64,000 nucleotides of DNA from Nitrospirales bacterium. GTDB taxonomy: Bacteria; Nitrospirota; Nitrospiria; Nitrospirales; UBA8639. The stretch spans positions 320,001 through 384,000 of the forward strand of contig OY820905.2 of NCBI GenBank assembly GCA_963555755.3. Reading direction: 5' to 3'. Position 1 is the first letter of the stretch, and each line of letters opens with the position of its first letter. The translations under genes and the position numbers were made by a program. The notes under the pieces were generated by a model that was given only the letters and a program-made list of their open reading frames with translations, searched no databases and was not told where the DNA came from. This document shows, one piece after another, positions 30,085 through 40,155 of the stretch.

Positions 30085-31584
30085 ATGACGACTTTTATTC
30101 CCAAACGACCACGATTGTCGAAATCGCGCTTTCTTTCCGGTCGCCAGTGCCATAAACGCCTCTATTTTGAAGCGTATACTCCGGAGTTGGCTGCTAAAAC
30201 TGATGGTCAACGTCAAGCCATGTTGGACATGGGCAAACAGATTGGCGACACGGCGCAACAATGTTTCCCCGGCGGGCAACTCGTGACTGAGGGGTATCGG
30301 CAATCAGCGGCTGCCTTGGAGCGGACCGCCACCTTCATGACCAACCCCGACATCCCCGCCATTTTTGAAGCGGCGTTTCAGTATGAGGGGACACTGATTC
30401 GGGTGGATATATTGGAACGAAGCGGGGAGCAGACGTGGCGTTTGATTGAGGTCAAAGCCTCTTCTCGTGTGAAAGCCGTGCATTATCATGATCTGGCTAT
30501 ACAAACGCATGTGTTACAGGGAGCTGGCATTGCTATTTCACATGTCTGTTTGATGCATATCAATCGGCATTATGTCTTTCAAGGCGGGGATATCGATCTA
30601 CATCAGCTCTTTGTCGTGGAAGACCTTACCGAAGAGGTCTTGCCACGATTGTCCGGTATTCCTGATCAGTTGGAACAGATGCGTGCCGTATTAACTCAGG
30701 AGGTTCCGCCGGTGGTGAAGCCGGATGGCCATTGCCATACGCCTTATGAATGTCCGTTTTGGGATCATTGCACGCAGGAAAAATCCGAACGCTGGATTTA
30801 TCACTTGCCTGGCACCAAAGAGGTGGTGAGGCGAATGATGAAGCAGGGTATTGAACTGATCGATGACATTCCTTCCCGCGTGAGGTTGTCCGCATTGCAG
30901 CAGCGTGTAAAGGACAATGTGGAATGGCTCTCTCCAGAGTTAGAGCAGACCTTGAAGTCGGTACACTATCCGATCCACCATCTTGATTTTGAAACATTCA
31001 TGCCGGCGATTCCGTTGTATTCGCAGACACGTCCCTATCAGCCCGTTCCTACCCAGTGGTCGAATCATATTGAACGCGAGGATGGGACCCTTCAGCACGA
31101 AACCTATTTGTGTACGGACCACCGGGATCCTCGAGAAGAATTGGCCGTCGCCCTTCTCTCTTCCTTAGGACAGGACGGGAGCATTTGCGTCTACTCCGAT
31201 TATGAGAAGTATGTGTTGACTGCCCTGGCAGAAGTATTGCCTTCTCTACGAACAGAATTGCTTCAACTCACGCATCGGTTGTGGGACCTTCTTTCCGTCA
31301 TCCAATCGCACTATTACCATCCGGGGTTTGCAGGGTCTTTTTCCATCAAGTCGGTGTTGCCGAGCTTGGTGCCTTCCTTAAGTTACTCCGATCTGGAGAT
31401 TCGGGATGGGGCTACGGCTTCAGCGATGTATCATCAGATGGTCTTCAAGGAAGCGGATTGGGTGGAACGGCAACGAATAGAATCAGCATTGCATGAATAT
31501 TGCGCACGCGATACATTGGGCATGGTTGAATTGCGTCGAGTCTTAGCTGAGAAGGTTCAACACAGAGTCCCCCCAACGTCCTGA
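30085..31584 (+). CDS. DUF2779-domain predicted nuclease
   Basis: LSKSRF..G.QCHKRLY, DIL..EVK, LDFET, SFSIKSVLP and YCARDT motifs. Confidence 0.8.
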   Translation: MTTFIPKRPRLSKSRFLSGRQCHKRLYFEAYTPELAAKTDGQRQAMLDMGKQIGDTAQQCFPGGQLVTEGYRQSAAALERTATFMTNPDIPAIFEAAFQYEGTLIRVDILERSGEQTWRLIEVKASSRVKAVHYHDLAIQTHVLQGAGIAISHVCLMHINRHYVFQGGDIDLHQLFVVEDLTEEVLPRLSGIPDQLEQMRAVLTQEVPPVVKPDGHCHTPYECPFWDHCTQEKSERWIYHLPGTKEVVRRMMKQGIELIDDIPSRVRLSALQQRVKDNVEWLSPELEQTLKSVHYPIHHLDFETFMPAIPLYSQTRPYQPVPTQWSNHIEREDGTLQHETYLCTDHRDPREELAVALLSSLGQDGSICVYSDYEKYVLTALAEVLPSLRTELLQLTHRLWDLLSVIQSHYYHPGFAGSFSIKSVLPSLVPSLSYSDLEIRDGATASAMYHQMVFKEADWVERQRIESALHEYCARDTLGMVELRRVLAEKVQHRVPPTS

Positions 31585-31748
31585 CCATTTTCATAATTTC
31601 CGCATGATCTCTTCCATTGACCCAATTGGACCACCTTGTTAGAATCCACCCACATGTCTCGACACTGGGCATGTGCAGCGAACGTCGTGCCAGGCCCTTC
31701 CTTGCCTGATGTATGCTTTCCTTATTCACATTCTCATTAATTGTCATC

Positions 31749-32204
31749 ATGATACGGATTTTAGTCTTACACGGTCCTAACCTCAATATGCTTGGTGTGC
31801 GCGAACAGGACCTGTACGGGCATCAAACATTGAATGATATCAATGGGTTGCTGGATTCATGGGCCAAGGAAGCCGGTGTACACTTAGAAGCCAAGCAGTC
31901 GAATCATGAAGGGGACCTGGTGACGTTCATCCAGGAGGCGCGAGGGCAATTTGATGCCATTGTGATTAATCCTGCGGCGTACACACATACCAGTATAGCC
32001 TTGCGAGATGCCGTGTTAAGCGCCGAGGTGCCGACGGTCGAGGTGCATCTCTCGAATATTCATCAACGAGAGGAATTTAGGCAGCACTCTTTTTTAGCTG
32101 GGGTGGCGCTTGGGCAGATTAGTGGTTTTGGTCCGACGAGTTATGTGTTAGGAGTGCGCGCTGCACTCGATCATGTCCAATCGAAACAATCAACTTCGAA
32201 GTAA
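31749..32204 (+). CDS. aroQ: Type II 3-dehydroquinate dehydratase
   Basis: [23 protein letters not shown] and EVHLSN motifs. Confidence 0.95.
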   Translation: MIRILVLHGPNLNMLGVREQDLYGHQTLNDINGLLDSWAKEAGVHLEAKQSNHEGDLVTFIQEARGQFDAIVINPAAYTHTSIALRDAVLSAEVPTVEVHLSNIHQREEFRQHSFLAGVALGQISGFGPTSYVLGVRAALDHVQSKQSTSK

Positions 32205-32218
32205 TGACTATTTGGCTT

Positions 32219-32334
32219 TTCTCCCAAGCGAGTGGGTAAATTTTGGCGAGGCATTTCCTGAAAGGCTCGCTGGAGAAGAGGTTGGTGGGGTTTTTGACCG
32301 TGGGAAAAGTGACCAGGCGTTCTTGAGGCTTCAC
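32219..32334. repeat. 116-bp dispersed repeat, copy 2
   Basis: Matches 19002-19117. Confidence 0.8.
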
Positions 32335-32473
32335 GCTGGTCATCCCTCCCCTTCCCCTCCTTTTACAAAGGAGGGGAGTGAAAACCGCCAGAAGTCACCC
32401 ACACGATTTGGAGAAGAGCCTACTATTTTTTAGTGGGGTATCTCCTCGTTATGATCGAAAGGGAAAAAGAATC

Positions 32474-33034
32474 GTGATTTCAACGTCTGATTTTCGGAAT
32501 GGGGTCCGGCTGAAGTTATCTGGGGCACCCTTTTCCATTATCGAGTTTCAGCATGTGAAACCAGGAAAAGGAGGCGCTTTTTGCCGCACCCGATTGAAAA
32601 ATTTGAAGACCGGCCAAGTCTTGGATCGAACGTTTCGATCCGGCGAAAAAATTGACGAACCCGATCTTGACGAATGCGATATGCAGTTTCTCTATTCGAG
32701 TGGTGACTCCTATACGTTTATGGATACGTCAACCTATGAACAGTTTACCTATGAGAAAAGTCAACTTGGAGACCGCACCGATTTGCTCAAGGAAGAAACC
32801 ATTGTGCAAATCCTCATATTCGAAGGAACACCCATTTCGGTTGAATTGCCGATTTTCATGGAACTCAAAGTGGTCGAAACCGATCCAGGCATTCGCGGTG
32901 ATACGGCCAGTGGTGGCACCAAGCCAGCCGTGGTCGAAACCGGTGCCACGATTAAAGTTCCCCTGTATCTTGAAATCGGCGAGATCATTAAGGTTGATAC
33001 CCGAACGAGAGCATATGTTGAACGAGTGAGGTAG
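32474..33034 (+). CDS. efp: Elongation factor P
   Basis: QHVKPGKGGAF, GDTASGGTKPA and IKVDTR; GTG start inferred. Confidence 0.95.
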   Translation: MISTSDFRNGVRLKLSGAPFSIIEFQHVKPGKGGAFCRTRLKNLKTGQVLDRTFRSGEKIDEPDLDECDMQFLYSSGDSYTFMDTSTYEQFTYEKSQLGDRTDLLKEETIVQILIFEGTPISVELPIFMELKVVETDPGIRGDTASGGTKPAVVETGATIKVPLYLEIGEIIKVDTRTRAYVERVR

Positions 33035-33081
33035 TCCCACACACGAGTGAAATCACATCAACTGCTCCAAGCTCAGACCTG

Positions 33082-33549
33082 ATGAAAAGTGACCAACGCA
33101 AAGAGATCCAAGAACTCGTTGACATTCTAACCGAGCAAAATCTGACCGAGATTGAAATCGAACGCAAAGATTTGCGTATCCGTATTCGGAAAGATCGTGC
33201 GCCGTTGGTTTCGTCCACCACTCCAGTATCGGCGCCATCGGTTGAACCGATGCCTGCGCCTCCCGTCTCTATTGATTCCCCTGACATTGATAATGGGCGG
33301 CTCCTCACTGTCACGTCCCCAATCGTTGGGACCTTTTACCGTTCGGCATCTTCCGAAACCGACGCCTATGTCGAAGAAAATGATATCGTCAGTAAGGGGC
33401 AGGTCCTCTGTATTGTCGAAGCCATGAAGCTGATGAATGAAATTGAATCCGAAGCCGACGGACGTATTGTCAAAATCCTTGTGGAAAGTAGGTCGCCTGT
33501 TGAATATGGCCAACCCTTGTTTTTGATCGAACCCCATTCTGTTCCATAA
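33082..33549 (+). CDS. accB: Acetyl-CoA carboxylase biotin carboxyl carrier protein
   Basis: SPIVGTFYR and EAMKLMNEI motifs. Confidence 0.95.
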   Translation: MKSDQRKEIQELVDILTEQNLTEIEIERKDLRIRIRKDRAPLVSSTTPVSAPSVEPMPAPPVSIDSPDIDNGRLLTVTSPIVGTFYRSASSETDAYVEENDIVSKGQVLCIVEAMKLMNEIESEADGRIVKILVESRSPVEYGQPLFLIEPHSVP

Positions 33550-33733
33550 GCCGGTTTTTCATTGATGAACTTTTTTGTAACGGCTCAGGTGGATAGACTG
33601 AAGGCGGAAGGTTTTTAGCTGAAACCGAAAAGCCCTTGAATGGCGTACTCCTAGCGTTACCTGATGAATGATGGTTTTCAGCCTTCAGCCTCAATACCTA
33701 ATCAGTCTCCTCTGATGTCGCCGATGTGTAGGT

Positions 33734-35089
33734 TTGACCGTGATTAAGAAAATTCTCATTGCCAATCGTGGAGAAATAGCTCTGCGCATCATTCGTGCGT
33801 GCCGGGAAATGGACATTAAGTCGGTGGCCATTTATTCGGAAGCAGACATGCGATCGCTTCATGTACGGCATGCGGACGAACAGGTGTGTGTCGGCCCCGC
33901 CGATAGTGCCATGAGTTATCGGAATATTCCCAATGTGTTGAGTGCCGCGGAAATTACCGGGGCGGATGCCATTCATCCAGGCTATGGGTTTCTTTCCGAG
34001 AATGCGCATTTTGCGGAAGTGTGCGAGTCGATTGGCATCACTTTTATTGGACCGACCTCTGAACACATTTCGTTGTTGGGCGATAAAGCCAAAGCCAGAG
34101 AAACCATGATGAAACATGGTATCCCGGTTATGCCGGGAAGTGACGGTGAAGTGCATAATCTTGATGAGGCGCGACGTATTGGCAAAAAAGTCGGCTATCC
34201 TTTGATTGTGAAAGCCTCGGCGGGGGGCGGCGGGCGAGGCATGCGGATCATTTCACGCGAAGAAGATTTGGATAAAGCGATCCTTGCGGCCCAACTCGAA
34301 TCCCGGGTGGTATTTGGTTCGGATGGCGTCTACCTCGAAAAATTTTTTATCGACCCGCGTCATATCGAAATTCAAGTGTTGGCGGATGAACACGGTCACG
34401 TGATTCATTTGGGCGAACGGGAATGTTCCGTACAGCGTCGATACCAAAAGTTAGTTGAAGAGTGCCCATCACCGGCAGTGGATGATTCTCTGCGGCAAGA
34501 AATGGGGAAGATTGCGATCAAGGCCGTCAAATCCGTTCGGTATCGTAATGCTGGAACCGTGGAATTCTTGCTTGACCAGAATCGAAAATTTTTCTTCATG
34601 GAATTTAATACACGCATTCAAGTGGAACATCCGATTACGGAAATGGTCACGGGGATCGATCTGGTCAAGGAACAAATTCGTATCGCAGCCGGGTTGCCCC
34701 TCACGATCCGTCAAAAAGATGTGCACATGACCGGGCATAGTTTCGAGTGCCGGATTAATGCCGAGTGTTCGGATACGTTTACGCCAAGCCCTGGTCCGGT
34801 TCCACGTTTTCACACGCCTGGGGGTCCTGGCATTCGAGTTGATACCGCCATGGAATCCCCTGGGTATGTCGATCCGAGTTATGATTCGATGATTGCCAAA
34901 CTCATTAGTTATGGGCGCGATCGCGAGGAAGCGCTCGCTCGGGCGAAGCGTGGCCTTGATGAGTTCGTGATCGAAGGCGTCAAAACTACCATACCCATTT
35001 TGCGGCTGATTTTGAGTGACCCTGATTTTCAAAAAGGTCGAGTGTCAACGGGGTTTCTAGATCGGTTCATGGCCAGCCGAAGTTTATAA
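33734..35089 (+). CDS. accC: Biotin carboxylase
   Basis: ILIANRGEIA, IHPGYGFLSEN, GGGGRGM and NTRIQVEH motifs. Confidence 0.95.
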   Translation: MTVIKKILIANRGEIALRIIRACREMDIKSVAIYSEADMRSLHVRHADEQVCVGPADSAMSYRNIPNVLSAAEITGADAIHPGYGFLSENAHFAEVCESIGITFIGPTSEHISLLGDKAKARETMMKHGIPVMPGSDGEVHNLDEARRIGKKVGYPLIVKASAGGGGRGMRIISREEDLDKAILAAQLESRVVFGSDGVYLEKFFIDPRHIEIQVLADEHGHVIHLGERECSVQRRYQKLVEECPSPAVDDSLRQEMGKIAIKAVKSVRYRNAGTVEFLLDQNRKFFFMEFNTRIQVEHPITEMVTGIDLVKEQIRIAAGLPLTIRQKDVHMTGHSFECRINAECSDTFTPSPGPVPRFHTPGGPGIRVDTAMESPGYVDPSYDSMIAKLISYGRDREEALARAKRGLDEFVIEGVKTTIPILRLILSDPDFQKGRVSTGFLDRFMASRSL

Positions 35090-35106
35090 CACTTCTCTTA
35101 TTTTCC

Positions 35107-35742
35107 GTGGCAACTCCCTTCCTTCATGGTGTGTATCTTCTCTTAGACGAACAGTGGTCTTCACAGGTTTCCCTGGTCGAAATCGTCGAGACTGCCGCAA
35201 AGTGTGGCGTTCGTCTCTTTCAATATCGAAACAAAACGGATTCTATGCTGGACTGTTATCAAAAGGGAATGCCGTTACGACACGCGACGGCGGATGTAGA
35301 TGCCACCTTTATCGTGAATGACCGGTGTGACTTGGCGATAGCCCTTGAGGCGGATGGCGTTCACCTTGGTCAAGATGATCTTCCATTCGATGTCGCGAGG
35401 CAAATTTTGGGAGAGAAGAAAATTATTGGGATCTCAACACACCGGCCTGAAGAAGTCGAAGCCGCGACGAAAGAAGGTGCGGATTACATTGGCTTTGGTC
35501 CCATTTTTTCAACAAGGACAAAGGCGGATCATGCACCGGTTGTCGGGATTACAGGGCTAGGGCAGGTTCGCTCGTTGACCACCCTGCCCATTTTTGCCAT
35601 TGGTGGGATTACATTAGATTCCGTACCGGCCATCCAACAGGCCGGTGGAAATGGTGTGGCGGTGGCTTCGGTCGTGTATCATTCCGTGAATATCGAAGAA
35701 ACCCTTCGTGGATTGGTTAAGTGCTTTCCTCTCAGGTCCTAA
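35107..35742 (+). CDS. thiE: Thiamine-phosphate synthase
   Basis: QYRNK, VNDR, GVHLGQDD and AIGGI motifs. Confidence 0.92.
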   Translation: MATPFLHGVYLLLDEQWSSQVSLVEIVETAAKCGVRLFQYRNKTDSMLDCYQKGMPLRHATADVDATFIVNDRCDLAIALEADGVHLGQDDLPFDVARQILGEKKIIGISTHRPEEVEAATKEGADYIGFGPIFSTRTKADHAPVVGITGLGQVRSLTTLPIFAIGGITLDSVPAIQQAGGNGVAVASVVYHSVNIEETLRGLVKCFPLRS

Positions 35743-36487
35743 GTATCGTCATAAGTTGAGTGATGGCCGGATCCTCCGTCAACTGTCTTATTCCTTGTTC
35801 CCAATCAGTCTCTAACAGCGGCTCGAATGGAATCGGTCCAACAACGGGAATACCACTCAATTCACGAATCAATTGACTCGTCGATTCGTATTGAAGCTGT
35901 TCGACTTCGGACCGTAACGCTGACGTTGTCTGATTCAGTACGATGGCCAAGACTTGTATTTTTCGATCACGAAGCGCTTCAAGGGTCAACAATGTGTGAT
36001 TGACCGATCCGAGTGTTGGTCGGCTCACCACGACGCATGGCAGTTCCAAATACACGATTAAATCTCGCACAGTCTGCTGCGCAGTGAGCGGAACCATTAC
36101 TCCTCCTGCACCCTCGACGAGGAGGAGGTCACAATTCCTTGAAAGTTCATGATACAGATTTTTAATGCATTCAAAGTCGATAGGTCGTTGAATCCGCCTG
36201 CTCGCTGCAAGAGGGGCAAGAGGGTCAGGAAATTGATACAGAGTGACCACATCGCATGTTTCATCAGCGGCAAGTAACCTTTGTAGGCGCCAGCCGTCTG
36301 TTTCGGGTTCACGACGTGATGGGCAAATTCCGGTCTCCACGGGTTTCATGACTCCAAGCCGAAGTCCCGTCTTTTTGAGTGCCACACCCAAGGCAGTGGT
36401 CAATACGGTTTTGCCGACGTGGGTATCAGTACCGGTGATGAACATGCCCCTGTTGCGGGCAGGAGTGATCTGAGGCGTTTTACTCAT
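35732..36487 (-). CDS. bioD: Dethiobiotin synthase
   Basis: FITGTDTHVGKT, MKPVETG, VEGAGG and LGSVNHTLL motifs. Confidence 0.92.
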   Translation of the reverse strand: MSKTPQITPARNRGMFITGTDTHVGKTVLTTALGVALKKTGLRLGVMKPVETGICPSRREPETDGWRLQRLLAADETCDVVTLYQFPDPLAPLAASRRIQRPIDFECIKNLYHELSRNCDLLLVEGAGGVMVPLTAQQTVRDLIVYLELPCVVVSRPTLGSVNHTLLTLEALRDRKIQVLAIVLNQTTSALRSEVEQLQYESTSQLIRELSGIPVVGPIPFEPLLETDWEQGIRQLTEDPAITQLMTILRT

Positions 36488-36500
36488 GTTGTGATCGTCT

Positions 36501-37274
36501 TCACCAGATCCGATTGTCGAGATTGAACACTTGTCCGGAAATATCGTTGGCCGTGGCGAGGTGATAAATCTGGTTGGCGGTCTCGTTGAGATTCGGAGTG
36601 CGGCCCAAAATATGATCGTGACAAGACTCAGTGGTTGGGAAGGCTTCGCCTGACAGCGTTGATTGGTGCCAACCGGGAAACACTGCATTCACGCGAATAT
36701 TGGATTCTCCCCATTCTTGAGCCACGGATCGTATCAATCCTAGTACCCCGGCTTTGGTGGCCGCATACGCCGCTTGACCTGTAGTTCCTTGAGCGCTGGC
36801 AAGCGAGCTGACGACCAGAATCGATCCTGACCCTTGGGCTTGTAAAATGGGGCCGACTGCTCGAAGGCAAAAAAACAAGCCAGTCAGATTGGCGTGAATG
36901 AGTTCATCCCATTGTTCGGAGGTCATACGAACTGTCACCGCATTGATTGTTTGACCCACCGCCCAAATTAGGGCATCAAGTCCGCCCCATCGTTCCCTGA
37001 AACGTTCGATACTGTTGGTAACTTGGCGTGGATCTCGGACATCAGCGTGAAAAAGAGAACCGTCTTCTCCTTGTTCCTCAAAGTGCAAGTAGACGTTCCG
37101 AGCCGACTGTTCGTGACGATGGTAGTGTACCCCGACCTTCCAATTGGCCTCAGCAAACCTCAAGCAAATGGCGCGTCCAATGACCCCGGAACCACCCATG
37201 ACCAACACGGTTTTAGGACGAGCATTATGCATAGAAAGGGCCGGAGGCGTTGTATCTTCTGAAGGAATTTTCAT
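36501..37274 (-). CDS. SDR oxidoreductase (FabG-like)
   Basis: GGSGVIG, YAATK and IRVNAVFPG motifs. Confidence 0.88.
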   Translation of the reverse strand: MKIPSEDTTPPALSMHNARPKTVLVMGGSGVIGRAICLRFAEANWKVGVHYHRHEQSARNVYLHFEEQGEDGSLFHADVRDPRQVTNSIERFRERWGGLDALIWAVGQTINAVTVRMTSEQWDELIHANLTGLFFCLRAVGPILQAQGSGSILVVSSLASAQGTTGQAAYAATKAGVLGLIRSVAQEWGESNIRVNAVFPGWHQSTLSGEAFPTTESCHDHILGRTPNLNETANQIYHLATANDISGQVFNLDNRIW

Positions 37275-37511
37275 TGGTTGGCAAGAAAATATTGATTATC
37301 GCGAACAGGCCAAGTGAAGGCAAATTCATCATGATGATCAGTTTCTTGCGGCAGTCAGATCTCTGTGTTAGTGTGATTGGCGGTATTGAAGTAGGAGTTC
37401 CCGCCACACGTCAGATCGACCAATAATTCGATTTCCAAGATGGTTTCCGAATAGACTGAAAAGGGTAACGTTTCACAGTGATATTCTCAATAATGACTGG
37501 GAGCCTGAGTC

Positions 37512-38414
37512 GTGCAACGTAACTCGGGTGTTCTGGAGACGATAGCCCAGATATGTGTTGGAGGGGTATGGCTGGCCGTATTGTTCAGTGTGGGGTTAGC
37601 TTTTGGCCAATCTTTACCAAGGTTCATTCATCAACCGGGGGAGTTTTTTCCTGATCAAGCCGGCAATGAATGGCGCTATCAAGGCCGAATTGTTGAAGGG
37701 GCCGTGAATCAAATCGCCGATAAAACCTTTGTGAATATTTCTACTGTGACCGGGAAGGAAACGATTGATGGCGTCAATGTGACAGTCTTTCATGATTCCA
37801 ATCCTGGGAACCAAGGCTCCACGGATAGTTATTATCTGCGGGATGCGGCAGGCATTCGTTATTATGGATCGAAGCCTGGTACCCGGCTAGAAAAACAATT
37901 GGTGCCGTATCAGATTATCCGATTTCCCTTGGAAATCCCGAGCTCTTTTGAGCAACTGCATCGAACGAATTTAAATCTCGGATTAGACCTTGATCATGAT
38001 GGCCAAGCGGAAAAAGTGGATGTATTTGCGACCGTGACCCTTCATGGCCAGGAAACTATTACTGTCCCTGCTGGGACCTATGAGAATGCCGTCCGGATGG
38101 AATCGAAAATGAAACTCTTGGTGCATTTGTCGGGTGCTGGGACGCAGGTGAAAGGTTTCGATTCTATGACGGTGTGGTTTGTGAAAGATGTCGGGTTGGT
38201 GAAATATTCTGAGCGGCAAATGATTCCCAACCCTCGCACGGGAAAAGATCGATTAATAGAAATAACCGAAGAGTTGCAAGAGGCAACATTGCAGGGTGGC
38301 ACACAACTATTGAGTGGGCGCAAAGCCTCGACGCATAGTGTTCTCACTCGTCACACGTTGGACCATGAATTGTTGCAAGTACCCTTCCCCTCCCGCCTTG
38401 GTGCCCACCCCTGA
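37512..38414 (+). CDS. Secreted hypothetical beta-rich protein
   Basis: Signal peptide; ETITVPAGTY and WFVKDVGLVK motifs. Confidence 0.7.
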   Translation: MQRNSGVLETIAQICVGGVWLAVLFSVGLAFGQSLPRFIHQPGEFFPDQAGNEWRYQGRIVEGAVNQIADKTFVNISTVTGKETIDGVNVTVFHDSNPGNQGSTDSYYLRDAAGIRYYGSKPGTRLEKQLVPYQIIRFPLEIPSSFEQLHRTNLNLGLDLDHDGQAEKVDVFATVTLHGQETITVPAGTYENAVRMESKMKLLVHLSGAGTQVKGFDSMTVWFVKDVGLVKYSERQMIPNPRTGKDRLIEITEELQEATLQGGTQLLSGRKASTHSVLTRHTLDHELLQVPFPSRLGAHP

Positions 38415-38500
38415 AAGTCGATGTCCGCCAAAGGGCTGCCGTCCAACTAATGATCCGGTGATGGGGCGGTTGATGTAGAAATTTCCCACATCAAAATGAC
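38307..38500 (-). pseudogene. putA: 3' stub of a P5C dehydrogenase / PutA gene
   Basis: FDVGNFYINRPITGSLVGRQPFGGHRLSGVGTKAGG...ENTMRRGFAP; upstream part absent from the window. Confidence 0.8.
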
Positions 38501-38567
38501 TGAAGGAAGGCTATAAGAATCCGGATAGATTTCCACCTATGCTCGCGGGAATGCTTGGATAGAATGA

Positions 38568-38894
38568 TTACTCGCCATACATTTCGGTGATAAGCTGTCG
38601 AAGTAATGTGGCATCTTGTGACACTAACTTGTCCAGCTTTTTGATCAACCGACGCTTGGAAATCGTACGGATTTGGTCAACGGCAATCTCTGCAGGTTTC
38701 CCTGCACATTGTATTTGAATTCGACTGCGCCAAGCAGGATGGAGCTTACTTGTGAGCGGACAGACCACAACAGTCTCAAGGGCCTTGTTCATCGCATCAT
38801 CACTCACCAGGACCACGGGACGAGTTTTTCTGATTTCAGAACCAACAGTTGGATCAAGATTGGCTACATACACTTCATATCGTGAAATGGTCAT
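38568..38894 (-). CDS. PemK/MazF-family toxin
   Basis: LDPTVGSEIRKTRP, PLTS and DQIRTISK motifs. Confidence 0.9.
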   Translation of the reverse strand: MTISRYEVYVANLDPTVGSEIRKTRPVVLVSDDAMNKALETVVVCPLTSKLHPAWRSRIQIQCAGKPAEIAVDQIRTISKRRLIKKLDKLVSQDATLLRQLITEMYGE

Positions 38895-39151
38895 ACATGA
38901 CTATCCAAATCAACATCCAGATCTTGCCAATCAGACCACTCACTGTGTTCTTCATGAGCCATAGCATTGTACGTATCTTCCCAACTAAGCTTCCCGTTGG
39001 GAACCGCATGGATCAAGATACCTTCTTGGACCTCTTGCAGAATCACACGCTCACCAAAACCATATCGTGAAATCATCCCCTTGGGTAACCTGATACCTTG
39101 AGAATTGCCAATTTTTATGAGTTTGGCTTTTTTCAGCATGGTGCTCTCCAT
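38891..39151 (-). CDS. AbrB/MazE-family antitoxin
   Basis: KIGNSQGIRLPK; 4-bp overlap with the toxin. Confidence 0.88.
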   Translation of the reverse strand: MESTMLKKAKLIKIGNSQGIRLPKGMISRYGFGERVILQEVQEGILIHAVPNGKLSWEDTYNAMAHEEHSEWSDWQDLDVDLDSHV

Positions 39152-39243
39152 CTTCCTGAAATCTGATTGCCCTACACTTTATCCCAGACTGCCATTCATC
39201 CCCATTTTCCCAGAATGGAGATTTAGACATGCTTTTCAAATAA

Positions 39244-39272
39244 AGTATATCCTGTAATTACATAGTGGGCAA
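39244..39272 (-). promoter_or_regulatory. TA promoter with palindromic operator
   Basis: TTGCCC-17-TATACT with the palindrome TGTAATTACA in the spacer. Confidence 0.6.
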
Positions 39273-39519
39273 GCTCCATGTGGGATTCAATGGCGGCGAG
39301 AATGATCAAGGGGTCGCTGTACTCCATACAGGTGGTGATGTCGACCAGCGAATACCCGTTTGAGTAACTTCGCCCAGCTCATACGAAACTGCGTTGAGCC
39401 TGCGAAGGCCTCGCCATCCGCATTGGAGGAGGCCGTGGCCTAGTCAGACTCGCTGGGAACCTTCTGAGACCGTAGCGTAGCGTTAAGCGCCAGCACGCCA
39501 TGGAAGCGAATGAGATTGA

Positions 39520-39793
39520 ACGCAGGTGAGAGGTTTCGATTCTATGACGGTGTGGTTTGTGAAAGATGTCGGGTTGGTGAAATATTCTGAGCGGCAAATG
39601 ATTCCTAACCCGCGAACGGGAAAAGATCGATTAATTGAAATAACCGAAGAATTGCAAGAGGCAACATTGCAAGGTGGCACACAACTATTGAGTCGGCGCA
39701 AAGCCTCGACGCATAGTGTTCTCACTCGTCACACGTTGGACCATGAATTGTTGCAAGTACCCTTCCCCTCCCGCCTTGGCGCCCACCCCTGAA
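39520..39793 (+). repeat. 274-bp direct repeat of 38142-38415
   Basis: Near-identical copy at offset 1378. Confidence 0.9.
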
Positions 39794-39842
39794 GACCCCG
39801 TCGAGAGAATGTAGGAATATTTGAACTGACCCCGCTGACGCT

Positions 39843-40133
39843 GAGGAGCAGTTGCAGCATCAAATGTATTTGGGCTCCGAGGCCTTCATCTGCCAGGCTC
39901 AAAAACGGCCCCGCGCGACCCAGGATCTATCCGAGGTCCCTCGGGTGCATCGACGCTCTCCTCAGAAACCCTTGACGTGGTATGTCCAGACCAGCCGCAA
40001 CTCTTATCGTGGGATAGCCCATGCGTATGCTTCTGGGGGATACACGCTAAAGGAAATTGGTGAGTACTTTGCGGTCCATTACAGTAGGGTCAGTCGAGTG
40101 GCAAAGCGAGTGGAGGGAGAGAAGCTGGCTTGA
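39843..40133 (+). pseudogene. C-terminal remnant of a REP-associated tyrosine transposase (RAYT-like, HTH tail)
   Basis: EQLQHQMYLGSEAF and GYTLKEIGEYFAVHYSRVSR; followed by TTGCAAGACCT(A/G)ACCCC repeats. Confidence 0.7.
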
Positions 40134-40155
40134 TGTGGCATTGCAAGACCTAACC

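Noticed and set aside
39283..39362. Possible PIN/VapC C-terminal remnant on the minus strand (YSDPLIILAAIES)
   Set aside because: Too short and degenerate to support.
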